Below, one piece after another: positions 50,061 to 60,484 of a DNA stretch of 64,000 nt. The notes under the pieces were generated by a model. That model ran no database searches. It was given only the letters and a program-made list of their open reading frames with translations, and was not told the DNA's origin. The stretch's first letter is position 1. Every line of letters starts with the position of its first letter. The stretch is taken from positions 13,970 to 77,969 of the forward strand of contig JAKCBQ010000003.1 of NCBI GenBank assembly GCA_021839245.1, written 5' to 3'. This DNA comes from Pseudomonadota bacterium. Lineage in GTDB: Bacteria > Pseudomonadota > Gammaproteobacteria > JAKAQQ01. The position numbers were made by a program, and so were the translations under genes.

Positions 50061-50521
50061 CCTCGGGCCGCGGGAGGCGCGGTCGAGAGAGTCTGACGGA
50101 CCCGATCGAGAACCGCGTTGATAAAGCGGTGACTGTCGGGGGCGCCGAATTCGCGCGCCAATTCAATGGCCTCGTTGAGAACGACACGACCCGGAATCTC
50201 GGGATGAGCGCGGAGCTCGTGCACGGCCAGAATCAGGATGGCCCGCTCGACGGCATCGACCTGCTCCCAGGGACGATCCAGGGACGGCGCACAGAGGCTA
50301 CGAGCCAGTGCGACGTCGGCCACGGCTCCGGGCAGGACCTCGCGGAAATAACTCTCGTCACCGACTTTGGTGCGACGGAGGAATTCGGCCAGGATCTGGG
50401 GAACGGGCAGAGCCCCCTCGTTCTGCTGCCAGGCGTAAAGGGCCTGGAGGAGGCAACGCCGTGCCTGGTGACGCATCCCACTGGGCGCACGGGCTCGGGA
50501 ACACGGCGGCTCGTCGTTCAC
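50057..50521 (-). CDS. nusB: Transcription antitermination factor NusB
   Basis: RHQARR..LQALY, VERAIL, NEAIELA and FINAVLD; ribH-nusB-thiL synteny. Confidence 0.93.
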   Translation of the reverse strand: MNDEPPCSRARAPSGMRHQARRCLLQALYAWQQNEGALPVPQILAEFLRRTKVGDESYFREVLPGAVADVALARSLCAPSLDRPWEQVDAVERAILILAVHELRAHPEIPGRVVLNEAIELAREFGAPDSHRFINAVLDRVRQTLSTAPPAARG

Positions 50522-51018
50522 GGAGACGGGCTCTCGTGGTCGTCGAGACCCGCGCGAAGCTCGAGAACCTCAAGCACCGCCCGCATAGCCTCCGCGCCCT
50601 TGTTGTCCTGTGTCCCGGCGCGGGCCAGGGCCTGCGCCTCGTCGTCGGTCGTCAAGACCCCGAAACCGACGGGCACACCGGTTTCGAGCATCACCCGAAG
50701 CAGGCCGTCACAGACCGACCGCGCGATGTGGAGATAGTGATCGGTTTCCCCACGAATGACCGCACCGAGCGCCACGATCGCATCGGCCTGCCGCGAGCGC
50801 GCGAGCTGCAGCGCCAGCAAGGAGAGCTCCCAGGCCCCCGGAACACGGAGGATCCGGCACGAAGCTTTGGCATACGCCGAAGCCCGCAGCGCCGATTCGG
50901 CACCGGCCACGAGACCGTCGACGACCTCCTCGTTGTAACGGCTGGCCAGAATCACCAAACGCAGCGACGACGGAACCATGGCGGGACTCCCGGAGGCAGG
51001 ATCGTAGGTTGCGCTCAC
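50518..51018 (-). CDS. ribH: 6,7-dimethyl-8-ribityllumazine synthase
   Basis: VPGAWE, LGAVIRGETDH, PVGFGVLT and NKGAEA. Confidence 0.95.
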   Translation of the reverse strand: MSATYDPASGSPAMVPSSLRLVILASRYNEEVVDGLVAGAESALRASAYAKASCRILRVPGAWELSLLALQLARSRQADAIVALGAVIRGETDHYLHIARSVCDGLLRVMLETGVPVGFGVLTTDDEAQALARAGTQDNKGAEAMRAVLEVLELRAGLDDHESPSP

Positions 51019-52229
51019 GACCCTCTCCCCTCAGAGCCCTGGCGCGTCCGGGCATACGTCGTTTCCCCCCCCACGGAGGCAGGGGACACGTATCCACTCA
51101 CCTCGAGACCGAACCCCGTGATCCCCTGCATGCGTTTGGGGGCGGACAAGACGCGCATGCGGCGCACCCCGAGGTCACGAAGAATCTGGGCCCCCACGCC
51201 GTAGGTGCGAAGCACGCTGCTCTCCTCGCCCGCAGGTTCGTCCGGACGATCACCGCGAACGAGGCGGGCCACGAGGGACGAGGGCTCTTCGGGCAAGCGC
51301 AGAAGGAGGAGGACCCCCCCCTCGCGGGCCACGGTGCCCAGGGCGTCACGAAGGGGCCAGCCGAGACTGGGCCAACGGATCCCGAGGACGTCGCTCAGAA
51401 AATTGCAGACGTGCACCCGCACCAGGACGTCCACGTCCGACCGGATCGGACCGCGGACAAAAGCAAAGTGCACGTGGCGCTGGATGTGATCTTCGTAGAC
51501 CACGAGCGGCAGCGGGCCGGCCTCCGTCGGGACGGAGCTTTCGTAGACGCGGGCCACGGTCATTTCGCGCTCCATGCGGTAGCGAATGAGAGAGGCGATC
51601 GTTCCGACCTTGAGACCGTGACGCCGGGCGAACACCTCGAGATCCGCACGGCGGGCCATCGTGCCGTCTTCGTTGAGCACTTCGACGATGGCGGCGGCGG
51701 GCTCGAAACCCGCCAGGCGCGCGAGATCGCAACTGGCCTCGGTGTGGCCGGCGCGGGTGAGAACGCCTCCGGGCTGAGCCATGATCGGAAAGACGTGCCC
51801 GGGCTGCACGATGTCCTCCGGGCGGGCTTCGGGCGCCACCGCGGTGCGGATCGTATGCGCCCGATCGTGGGCCGAAATGCCCGTGGTGACGCCGTGGGCC
51901 GCTTCGATCGAGACCGTAAAGCGGGTGCCGTGAGCCGTGCGATTGTCATGGACCATGAGAGGAAGACGCAGGCGCTCGCAGCGTTCACGGCTCATCGGCA
52001 AACAGATGAGCCCGCCCCCGTAACGGACCATGAAATTGATGTCCTCGGGACGCACGCATTCGGCCGCCATGACGAGATCGCCCTCGTTCTCGCGGTCTTC
52101 GTCATCCATGAGGATCACCATGCGCCCGGCGCGGATCTCCGCGATCAGCTCATCCGGGGAAGCGAGAACCGAGGCCTCTCCAGCCGCCGGAGCACCGGAG
52201 GAAGAACGGGGGGGGGCGTCAGCGGACAT
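51015..52229 (-). CDS. ribB: DHBP synthase fused to a degenerate GTP cyclohydrolase II-like domain (RibBX type)
   Basis: [19 protein letters not shown] and RAGHTEA; the C-terminal domain has RVH and YGVGAQIL but lacks the Zn-binding Cys cluster. Confidence 0.9.
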   Translation of the reverse strand: MSADAPPRSSSGAPAAGEASVLASPDELIAEIRAGRMVILMDDEDRENEGDLVMAAECVRPEDINFMVRYGGGLICLPMSRERCERLRLPLMVHDNRTAHGTRFTVSIEAAHGVTTGISAHDRAHTIRTAVAPEARPEDIVQPGHVFPIMAQPGGVLTRAGHTEASCDLARLAGFEPAAAIVEVLNEDGTMARRADLEVFARRHGLKVGTIASLIRYRMEREMTVARVYESSVPTEAGPLPLVVYEDHIQRHVHFAFVRGPIRSDVDVLVRVHVCNFLSDVLGIRWPSLGWPLRDALGTVAREGGVLLLLRLPEEPSSLVARLVRGDRPDEPAGEESSVLRTYGVGAQILRDLGVRRMRVLSAPKRMQGITGFGLEVSGYVSPASVGGETTYARTRQGSEGRGS

Positions 52230-52355
52230 GACAGGTGTTTCCCCGGAGAAAGGCGTCGATACGGAGAGTAGAGATTATCGCCGATCGGGTGAGGAGCATC
52301 GCGGCCCCGGTCGCGCCCGTGGGCTACACTTGAAGGCCGCAAAGCCCCCCACCCC

Positions 52356-53048
52356 ATGATCGCCAGTCTCCTCTACACCCTTTTCCACTACCGCCGCAGT
52401 TTCGGCGCTCTGGTTCACGAAAACCACTTTCTCGCCTACGGCATTCTCGGCACCTTCATCTTCGTCGAGTGCGGGATCCTGCTGCTGCCTCTCCTCCCGG
52501 GCGACACGCTGCTTTTCCTCGCCGGGACCCTGGCCGCCCAGGGCACGCTGGGTCTCACGGGCGTGATCGCAACCAGCGCTGTCGCCGCCGTGGCCGGCAA
52601 CCTCCTCAACTACGTCACCGGACGCTACACCGGACCGCGCGTCTTCCGGCGCACAAGTTCGCGCTGGTTCCGCCCGGAGTATCTCGCATGGACGCACGCT
52701 TTTTTTCAGCGCCACGGCGGCAAGACCGTGGTGATCGCGCGGCTGGTCCCGATCGCGCGGACGTTCACCCCCTTCGTCGCCGGCGTCGGCCGCATGGATC
52801 TCACGCGCTTCATGATCTACAACGTGGTGGGCGCTTTTCTGTGGATCGGGCTGATCAGCGGAGCGGGCTACTACTTTGGCAATCTGCCCGTCGTGCGCCA
52901 GAACTTTCTCCTCGCCGTGCTCCTCCTGGTGCTCGCCTCGCTGATCCCCATCGGCATCAAAGTGCTGCGGCACCGCCGGTCGCGCACCGCGGCCGCCGCG
53001 GCCCCGGACACCCGGCAAGTCAGAGACCCGGGCGAAGATTCTGCATGA
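52356..53048 (+). CDS. DedA/VTT-family membrane protein
   Basis: FVECG..LPGDTLLFLAG, HGGKTVVIARLVPIARTF and FMIYNVVG. Confidence 0.92.
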   Translation: MIASLLYTLFHYRRSFGALVHENHFLAYGILGTFIFVECGILLLPLLPGDTLLFLAGTLAAQGTLGLTGVIATSAVAAVAGNLLNYVTGRYTGPRVFRRTSSRWFRPEYLAWTHAFFQRHGGKTVVIARLVPIARTFTPFVAGVGRMDLTRFMIYNVVGAFLWIGLISGAGYYFGNLPVVRQNFLLAVLLLVLASLIPIGIKVLRHRRSRTAAAAAPDTRQVRDPGEDSA

Positions 53049-53490
53049 TCTCGCGCACGCGCCAGTGCCCGTCGCGCCGCACCCAAAGCGCCAGGTAATC
53101 GCCGTAGCGAACGACCGTGCCGGAGCGGAGGTGGACGCTCACCTCGAAGACACCGCTCGTCGAACCGGAGGTGTCGTGGCGAGAAACCCAGGCGCTTTCG
53201 GGTGTCCATTCGAGACGCGGCCCACGACGGCCCGGGAGAGCCTGAAGGATGGCCCGGCGACCGCTCAGGGGCGTGGCCCCCTCGGGATAGAACACCGCGT
53301 GCGGCGTGAGAAAGCGTGCAAAAGCCGCGCGGGCCCCACGTTTTTCGGCCAGCCGGGCAAAACGCTGGTCGACCCCGCGAAGACGTGCGGTCTCGCGGTG
53401 ACGGCGGACCAGCGCGTCGGGCCGCCCGCAGGCGGCCAAAAGCACGGGCAGAAGCACTAGGACAAAGGGGAAAAGCCGGCGGGGGGGCAT
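53020..53490 (-). CDS. Lipoprotein, NTF2-like/DUF4440 family
   Basis: Lipobox LAAC, LEWTP, GSTSG and YGDYLALWVRRDGHWRV. Confidence 0.75.
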   Translation of the reverse strand: MPPRRLFPFVLVLLPVLLAACGRPDALVRRHRETARLRGVDQRFARLAEKRGARAAFARFLTPHAVFYPEGATPLSGRRAILQALPGRRGPRLEWTPESAWVSRHDTSGSTSGVFEVSVHLRSGTVVRYGDYLALWVRRDGHWRVREIMQNLRPGL

Positions 53491-53494
53491 CGTC

Positions 53495-54058
53495 TCAGGT
53501 CTTGGGCAACGTCACGCCGCGCTGCCCTTGATACTTGCCGCCGCGGTCTTTGTAAGAGACTTCGCATTCCTCGTCGGCCTCAAGAAAAAGCATCTGGGCC
53601 ACACCCTCGTTCGCGTAGATCCTCGCCGGAAGAGGGGTGGTGTTGGAAAATTCGAGCGTGACGTGGCCTTCCCATTCGGGCTCGAGAGGGGTGACGTTGA
53701 CGATGATCCCGCAGCGGGCATAGGTCGATTTGCCGAGGCAGATCGTGAGGACGTTGCGCGGAATGCGAAAATATTCGACGGTGCGCGCGAGGGCGAAGGA
53801 GTTGGGCGGAATGATGCATTCGCGGCCCCGGACGTCGACGAAGCTCGTCGGCGAGAAGTTCTTGGGGTCGACGACGGCCGAGTTGATGTTGGTGAAGATT
53901 TTGAATTCGTCGGCGCACCTGACGTCGTACCCGTAGCTCGACGTGCCGAAAGACACGCAGCGGCGACCCTCGTGCGAGGAGATCTGCCGCGGCTCGAACG
54001 GGGCGATCATCCCCCGTTCGCCCATGGCCCGAATCCAGCGGTCGGACTTGAGACCCAT
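53495..54058 (-). CDS. dcd: dCTP deaminase
   Basis: [29 protein letters not shown] and PLEPEWEG. Confidence 0.97.
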   Translation of the reverse strand: MGLKSDRWIRAMGERGMIAPFEPRQISSHEGRRCVSFGTSSYGYDVRCADEFKIFTNINSAVVDPKNFSPTSFVDVRGRECIIPPNSFALARTVEYFRIPRNVLTICLGKSTYARCGIIVNVTPLEPEWEGHVTLEFSNTTPLPARIYANEGVAQMLFLEADEECEVSYKDRGGKYQGQRGVTLPKT

Positions 54059-55137
54059 CAGCTTTCCTCCGTCACGATTTCGGGCGGCACGAGATCCTCG
54101 GGATTGAGAGAGGCGAGCTCCGCAGCCAGCTGCAGGGCGACGGCGCGGAAACGCCGCGCCAGGGCGCCTTGGGGCTCGTCGAGAACGATCGGCCGACCGC
54201 GATCGCTGGCCCCGACGAGCGCCGGATCGAAAGGAAGAGATCCAAGATACGGGACCGCGCACGCTCGCGCGAGCGCCTCGCCGCCGCCCCGCCCGAAAAG
54301 CTCCTCCTCGTGTCCGCAGTGCGGGCAACGGTAGCCCGCCATGTTCTCGAGGACGCCGAGGACGGGGACGCGCACCGTCTCGAAAAGACGAAGTCCGCGG
54401 CGCGCGTCCATGACGGCCACGTCCTGGGGGGTGGTCACGATCACGACGCCGGAGACGGCGATCCTCTGGGCCAGCGTGAGGTGGATGTCGCCCGTCCCGG
54501 GAGGCATGTCGACCAGAAGATAGTCGAGCGGCGGCCAGTCGGTCTGGAGAAGGAGCTGCTGGAGGGCCTGGGTCACCATCGGTCCGCGCCAGGCCACGGC
54601 GGTGTCGTCGGGCACAAGAAAAGCGACGCTCATCACCTTGAGCCCGTGCGCCTCGAGGGGGTCGAGGCGACGGCCGTCGCGGCTGCGGGCCCGGGCTTCC
54701 GCCAGGCCCGCGAGGCGGGCGAGGCTCGGACCGTAAATGTCCGCATCGAGCACGCCCACCCGAGCGCCGAGGCCGGCGAGCGAAAGCGCGAGGTTGTAGG
54801 TGAGGGTCGATTTTCCGACACCGCCCTTGGCCGAGGAGACGGCCACGAGATGGGCGACTTCTCCAAGGCCCGTGTGCTCGCCCGGCACCAGGGTCGGACG
54901 CGCTTCGAAACGCGTCTCGAGCTCGACCGAAGCGACCCCGAGACGTTGGGCGAGAGCAGACGCGAGAGCACTCCGTTGCTCGTCCGATCCCTCTCCCTCG
55001 ATCGGATAGCGGAACACGAGCGTGAACGAGGGCCGGGACCCCTCGGGTCTCGCTCTGAGCTCAGCCACGCGAGACAGGGGGCGACCGCTCCGGGGATCCT
55101 TGAGCCCATCGAGAAGAGATGGAAGATCCACCGTCAC
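54058..55137 (-). CDS. apbC: Mrp/ApbC Fe-S cluster carrier ATPase
   Basis: [31 protein letters not shown] and ENM..CPHC. Confidence 0.95.
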   Translation of the reverse strand: MTVDLPSLLDGLKDPRSGRPLSRVAELRARPEGSRPSFTLVFRYPIEGEGSDEQRSALASALAQRLGVASVELETRFEARPTLVPGEHTGLGEVAHLVAVSSAKGGVGKSTLTYNLALSLAGLGARVGVLDADIYGPSLARLAGLAEARARSRDGRRLDPLEAHGLKVMSVAFLVPDDTAVAWRGPMVTQALQQLLLQTDWPPLDYLLVDMPPGTGDIHLTLAQRIAVSGVVIVTTPQDVAVMDARRGLRLFETVRVPVLGVLENMAGYRCPHCGHEEELFGRGGGEALARACAVPYLGSLPFDPALVGASDRGRPIVLDEPQGALARRFRAVALQLAAELASLNPEDLVPPEIVTEES

Positions 55138-55269
55138 GGAGTCGATTCCTCAGAGTCGTGGTGCGCACCGCCGCTCACGCGCTCATGGTAGCCGATCGTG
55201 CCCGCCGCGCGGACTGGCGCCGAGTGCGGCTCCCGCCGATAATGGACCCGTTTCCCCGAGGATCCTCCG

Positions 55270-56223
55270 ATGAGCGCCGAACCCACGCCCGCTTCTCGTC
55301 GTTCCACGGCCAACCTCGTGCGTCTCTTCCGTGGGCTCCTCGACGAGGCCGAAGGGATTTTCTACGGGCAACGCACGGTCGTCACCCTCGCCCTCACCGG
55401 CGTCCTGGCCGATGGCCATCTCCTTCTCGAGGACCACCCGGGAACCGGCAAGACCCTCCTCGCCTCGACCCTCGCGCATCTCCTCGGTCTTGGTTTTCGG
55501 CGCGTTCAGTTTACGAGCGACCTCCTCCCGGCGGACATCCTGGGCTCCCAGGTCTACGACAGCACGGAAGGGACGTTCCGTTTTGTTCCCGGACCGGTCT
55601 TTACGCCTTTTCTCCTGGCCGACGAGATCAACCGTGCGCCCCCCCGCACGCAGAGCGCGCTCCTCGAGGTCATGGACGAGCGTCAGGTGAGCGTCGATGG
55701 AGTCACGCACCCTCTCCCCCGTCCCTTCGTCGTCGTCGCCACCCAAAATCCCGGCGATCAAACCGGCACGTACCCGCTACCCGAATCGCAGCTCGACCGT
55801 TTTCTCCTGCGCCTCGAGCTCGGCTATCCCGACGTCGAGCGGGAAAAGGATCTCTGGGGGGGTGAGGATCCGCGCGAACGACTCCTGCGCACACCGCCGT
55901 GCACCGACGCCGAGACCTTGACGGCGGCGCAGGCGACGGTGCGTGCCATGACGGTGTCGGAAGCCCTTCTCGACTACGTCGCGCGGCTGGTCGCCCGCAC
56001 GCGGAGCGCCCCCTCACTCACCCCCGGACTCTCGCCGCGCGCCGGCCGCGCGCTCGTCGCGGCCGCCCGCGCCCACGCCTTCCTCAACGGCCGTGGCGCA
56101 CCGTGGCCCGACGATGTCAAGGCCGTCTTCGTCGCCGTGGCCGCCCACCGGTTGGGCCGTGCGGGCGTCGCCTCGACGGCGGCGGAGCTCACCGCCCTTC
56201 TCGAGACCACGACCGCCCGGTGA
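55270..56223 (+). CDS. MoxR-family AAA+ ATPase
   Basis: HLLLEDHPGTGKT, RVQFTSDLLPADILG, LADEINRA, ATQNP and LPESQLDRF. Confidence 0.95.
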   Translation: MSAEPTPASRRSTANLVRLFRGLLDEAEGIFYGQRTVVTLALTGVLADGHLLLEDHPGTGKTLLASTLAHLLGLGFRRVQFTSDLLPADILGSQVYDSTEGTFRFVPGPVFTPFLLADEINRAPPRTQSALLEVMDERQVSVDGVTHPLPRPFVVVATQNPGDQTGTYPLPESQLDRFLLRLELGYPDVEREKDLWGGEDPRERLLRTPPCTDAETLTAAQATVRAMTVSEALLDYVARLVARTRSAPSLTPGLSPRAGRALVAAARAHAFLNGRGAPWPDDVKAVFVAVAAHRLGRAGVASTAAELTALLETTTAR

Positions 56224-57140
56224 ACACGCTCGCGGAGCGTCTTGGATTTCCGCGCCCGAACCGGCGCTACATCCTTCCCACGCGCTTCGGTCTCGCCTAC
56301 GCGCTGGTCGTGTTCCTGGTCTTCCTCGGCGCGGTGAATTACAGCGACAACATGGCGCTCTTGCTGACCTTCGTCCTCGCCGCTCTCGCCTGGCTTGCGA
56401 TGATCCGCTGCGAACGGAGCCTGAGCGGCCTCGAAATCGAGATCGACCCCCCTCCCGTGGGCTTCGTCGGCCGCCCTCTCGCCGTCGGCGTGAGACTTCG
56501 CGGAACCCGTTTCCGTCCGCCGACCCTCCTCGCCGTGGCCTTCCGCGGGGGGGAACGGACCGGCGTCCCGCGACCGGCCGTAGGCGAGACACAGGCGGCC
56601 GCACTCTCGTTCGTGCCCGCGCGCCGGGGGCGTGTCCCGATCCCGCCCTGGCGCCTCTCGTGCGAACGTCCGCTGGGACTCTTTCACGCTTGGCGCGGGG
56701 CCCCAAGCGGACGGGAGGCGATCGTCGCCCCCGCCCCGGCCACGGACGGTCCGTGGCGCCCCCCCTCCGCCCTCCCCCCGTGCCGAGGCCACGAGGAGAG
56801 CGAAGACTTCCGCGAACTCCGACCGTGGCGGAGCGGGGATCCCCCCCGCCGCATCGCGTGGCGGGTCTACGCCCGCCGGCGCGAGCTTCTCGTGCGCACA
56901 TACGAGCCGCCCCCGTCACCCGAACTCGTGCTGCGCTGGGAAGAAACCGATGCGTTGGCTCGAGGAACGGGAAGAGAGCGGAAGGAACATCGCCTCTCGA
57001 TCCTCTGCCGTTGGGTGCTGGAAGCCGAGCGGGAGGGAGCGCCCTACGGGCTGGTCCTTCCCTCCGTCACGATCGCCCCGAACCGGGGCGAGGCGCATCT
57101 TCGTGCCTGCCTCGAGGCCCTGGCCCTTCATGATCTCTGA
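56220..57140 (+). CDS. DUF58-domain protein
   Basis: YILPTRFG, AVNYSDN, PLGLFHAW, EDFRELRPW..GDPPRRIAW and CLEALAL; coupled to moxR. Confidence 0.9.
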   Translation: MNTLAERLGFPRPNRRYILPTRFGLAYALVVFLVFLGAVNYSDNMALLLTFVLAALAWLAMIRCERSLSGLEIEIDPPPVGFVGRPLAVGVRLRGTRFRPPTLLAVAFRGGERTGVPRPAVGETQAAALSFVPARRGRVPIPPWRLSCERPLGLFHAWRGAPSGREAIVAPAPATDGPWRPPSALPPCRGHEESEDFRELRPWRSGDPPRRIAWRVYARRRELLVRTYEPPPSPELVLRWEETDALARGTGRERKEHRLSILCRWVLEAEREGAPYGLVLPSVTIAPNRGEAHLRACLEALALHDL

Positions 57141-59253
57141 GCCCGGCTCGGCGTCGCCCGCGGTGGGGTCGGGGGGCCTTTCACGGAGGCGGCGGAAGGC
57201 ACAGCGGGACGGACGCCCCCTTGAGCGGCGTCGTTTTCTCCTCTTCGCCGCGATCCTTGTCCTGGCGGCCTTGCCGGTGGCGGTCGACGATTTCGTTCCG
57301 TGGATCACACCCCCGGCCGGCCTTTTGGTGCTGGTGGCTCTCGTCCGCGGGCCGCGCGGCCGGCGACCTCCGCTGGCTTTTCTTCTCGCCCTCTCCGCCG
57401 CCGCCTTTGCCGGAACCTTCCTCCACTACGGCACCATCAACGGACTTCGGGCCGGGGGGAGCCTTCTTCTCTGCTTGGTCGGGCTCAAACTTCTCGAGAC
57501 ACGCCACGAACGCGACCTCAACACGGTGCTTCTCCTCACCGTGTTCCTCCTCGCCACCGATCTTTTTTTCGGGCAACAGCTGACGGCGGTCGCCTACGTG
57601 GCCGCCGTTTTCGTTTTTCTCCTTGCCGCCTGGATAGGAAGCGGGACAACGTCCGTACCGCCGCACGGCGAGAAGCCGCTCGCCCCCGCTCGTTCCGGAC
57701 TTCGACCCGCACTCGGCCTCCTCGCCTGGGCTCTTCCCTGGGCGCTCGTGCTCTTCGTCTTCATCCCCCGCGTTCACGGCCCCCTTTGGGGGTGGGGACG
57801 GCGTCACGCCTGGGTGAGTGGTCTTTCCCCCAATCTCCAACTCGGCGGCATCGGCCGGCTCATCGTCTCGCGGCGCACGGTCATGACCGTGCGCTTCGTC
57901 CGCCCCCGTCCCCCCACCGATCAACGCTATTTTCGCGTCTATGTCTTCAACCGCTTCGGCGGCAAGGAGTGGCAACCCTCGCGCCGCGCGCTCGAACCCG
58001 CACCCCCCGTCGCCGAAAACAACGATGTGAAGGGTGCACGGGTCGCCTACCGGGTGCTTCTCCGTCCCGACGGACGCTCGGCGCTCGCCGTCCTCGGCCG
58101 CCCGCTCACCGTTCCCGAAGGAGCTTGGCTCACACGGGCCGGCACACTCCGGGCCCGGCGGCCGCTTCGGCGGAGTTTTCACTACAGCCTCGTCGCGCTC
58201 AGGGGGCCGCGCCCGGCCCCACAGCTGAGCGCACGGGCGCGGGCCCGCGACCTCGAGTTGCCCCCGGGCGTCGATCGCCGCGCCCGCCGTCTCGCGCGGC
58301 GCTGGCGGCGGCGGAATCCGCGGCCCTCGGCTCTCGTCGAGCGCGTGCTCCGGTATTTTCACGACGAACCCTTCTATTACACGCTTCATCCTCCGCCGCT
58401 CCACGGACGGAACGCCGTTGACATGTTTCTCTTTCGCACTCGCCGGGGATTCTGCACGGACTACGCCACGGCCTTTGCGGTCCTCATGCGGGCGGCGGGT
58501 GTTCCCACACGTGTCGTGAGCGGCTACCTCGGAGGCCGTTACGATCCGCTCAACGGGCGGGTCGTCTTCAACGGTGCGGACGCCCACGCCTGGGACGAAG
58601 TCTGGATCCGGGGGGCCTGGCGCCGCGTGGATCCGACGGCCGCCATCGCCCGAAGCCGTATCTCGCTTCGGGCCCTGAGCCTCCTCACGGGCGGTTACAC
58701 GGTCGGGGGCTTCGATGTGCGGGAGAGTCGCTGGCTCACGCGCGTCGGCGATTTCTGGCGCCGGATCGGGGCCGTCTGGAACCGCGACGTGCTCGGCTAC
58801 GGACCGCGGTTGCAGCGGGCGTTTCTCCGTCGTTTGGGTTGGAGGATCCGGGGCTGGCGCTCCTGGCTTCCCATCCTGATCGGGGTCCTCGTCGTACCGC
58901 CGCTTCTCCTCTGGGGGCTCGTGCTCCTCGAGAACAAGCGCCGCCGCGGCACCCGCGGCGAGCGGGACTGGGAGCGTCTTCTCCACCGTCTCGGCGCACT
59001 CTTCCCCCCGGCGATTGCCCCCGGCGAAACAGCGCTCGAGTTCGCGGGCCGGATCGCCCGGAGCCACCCCACCCTCGGTCGGCGGTTCCTCACCCTCGCC
59101 CGCCGCCGCGGTCGTGTTCTCTACGAACCCGGGTCCGGACCGGTGGAGCTGCGCCGTTACCGCAAAACGCTCCGCGTCCTTCGCGCGCGCCTCGCCCGAA
59201 TCTCGCTCAGTCCGCCGGAGGCAACGCCAACTCGGCGTCGGCCGGAACCCTGA
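57130..59253 (+). CDS. Membrane transglutaminase-like protein (TgpA/DUF3488)
   Basis: N-terminal TMs with LKLLE, FYYTL, GFCTDYA, RAAGVPTRVVSGYLGG, AHAWDE and RVDPT. Confidence 0.92.
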   Translation: MISEPGSASPAVGSGGLSRRRRKAQRDGRPLERRRFLLFAAILVLAALPVAVDDFVPWITPPAGLLVLVALVRGPRGRRPPLAFLLALSAAAFAGTFLHYGTINGLRAGGSLLLCLVGLKLLETRHERDLNTVLLLTVFLLATDLFFGQQLTAVAYVAAVFVFLLAAWIGSGTTSVPPHGEKPLAPARSGLRPALGLLAWALPWALVLFVFIPRVHGPLWGWGRRHAWVSGLSPNLQLGGIGRLIVSRRTVMTVRFVRPRPPTDQRYFRVYVFNRFGGKEWQPSRRALEPAPPVAENNDVKGARVAYRVLLRPDGRSALAVLGRPLTVPEGAWLTRAGTLRARRPLRRSFHYSLVALRGPRPAPQLSARARARDLELPPGVDRRARRLARRWRRRNPRPSALVERVLRYFHDEPFYYTLHPPPLHGRNAVDMFLFRTRRGFCTDYATAFAVLMRAAGVPTRVVSGYLGGRYDPLNGRVVFNGADAHAWDEVWIRGAWRRVDPTAAIARSRISLRALSLLTGGYTVGGFDVRESRWLTRVGDFWRRIGAVWNRDVLGYGPRLQRAFLRRLGWRIRGWRSWLPILIGVLVVPPLLLWGLVLLENKRRRGTRGERDWERLLHRLGALFPPAIAPGETALEFAGRIARSHPTLGRRFLTLARRRGRVLYEPGSGPVELRRYRKTLRVLRARLARISLSPPEATPTRRRPEP

Positions 59254-60484
59254 GGAGCAAGACCGCCCCGGCCAGGAACAGAAGAACGACGGTGGCGATC
59301 GCGCCGCGCGCCGAACCGCTCACGAATTCGGTGGCGGCGACGAGGAGCGGACCGAGCACCGCCGAGAACTTCCCGACCACCCCGTAGAAGCCGAAGAACT
59401 CCGCCGAGCGCCCACGCGGGATAAGCCTTCCGTAATAAGCCCGCGAGAGACCCTGAATGCCGCCTTGGACCAAGCCCACGGTGGCGGCCAGAACGAAGAA
59501 CTCCGTCACGGTGTGCATCCGGGCCGCGGCCAGCGTCGCGAGAGCGTAGACGCCGATCGCGAGGAGAAGGCCGCGGCGAAGCCCCCAGCGTTCGCCGAGA
59601 CGGGCGTAGAGCACCGCCGAGGGGAAGGCCACCGCCTGGGTGAGAAGAAGGGCCTCGACCAGGCTCGCCGACGGAAACCCCAACGCGAGGCCGTAACTGA
59701 CGGCAAGACGGATGATCGTATTCACGCCGTCGATGTAGCACCAGTAGGCGAGGAGGAAGAGCACGACCGTGCGGTGGCGACGCACCTCGCGGAACGTCCG
59801 CCGAAGGCGCGTCCAGCCTTCGGCCATGAGCGTGGCCACGGAGGGCCCGGAGGGCCTCGCCTCGGGCGTCCGCACGAGGAGCGGAAGCGAGAGTCCCGCC
59901 CACCAGACGGCGACACTACCGAGGACCACGATCCGCACGGCCGCCGGGCTCTCGAGCCCAAAGAGTGCAGGGTGCGTGGCCACCACGATCTCGGCCGCAA
60001 AGAGCGCCCCTCCGGCCAGATAGCCCGCGGCGTACGCGTAGGTCGAGACACGGGTGAACGCCTCCGGGCCGACGGCGTGCGGAAGAAGAGCGTTGTAGAA
60101 GACGTTCGCGGCGGAATAACCCACGGCGGCCAAAGCGTAGAGCGCGAGCGCTCCCGTCAACGCTCCGGCGGGAAGAAACGCGAGTGCGGCCGTCGCACCG
60201 ACACCGAGCACGACCCCCGTGGCGAGGAACCGGCTGCGGGCCGAACGGGCGTCGGCCATGGCTCCGGCGAGAGGAGCGAGGAACGCCACGAAGAGGGCCG
60301 CGGCCGAAGCGGCAAGACCGAGATCGGCGAGATCCGTCGCGGGCGTGACCCCCCGACCCCAGACGTGAACGAGGAAGACCGGGAAGAACCCGGCCATGAC
60401 GGTCGTCGCAAAAGCCGATTCCGCCGCATCGTAGAGAAGCCAGCGCCAGGCAGGACGCACGGACGTCCCTCCCACGTTCGTCAC
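59207..60484 (-). CDS. MFS transporter, UMF1/Atg22-like
   Basis: WLLYDAAESAFATT, NVFYNALL, YIDGVNT, QGLSRAYY and EFFGFY. Confidence 0.9.
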   Translation of the reverse strand: MTNVGGTSVRPAWRWLLYDAAESAFATTVMAGFFPVFLVHVWGRGVTPATDLADLGLAASAAALFVAFLAPLAGAMADARSARSRFLATGVVLGVGATAALAFLPAGALTGALALYALAAVGYSAANVFYNALLPHAVGPEAFTRVSTYAYAAGYLAGGALFAAEIVVATHPALFGLESPAAVRIVVLGSVAVWWAGLSLPLLVRTPEARPSGPSVATLMAEGWTRLRRTFREVRRHRTVVLFLLAYWCYIDGVNTIIRLAVSYGLALGFPSASLVEALLLTQAVAFPSAVLYARLGERWGLRRGLLLAIGVYALATLAAARMHTVTEFFVLAATVGLVQGGIQGLSRAYYGRLIPRGRSAEFFGFYGVVGKFSAVLGPLLVAATEFVSGSARGAIATVVLLFLAGAVLLLRVPADAELALPPAD

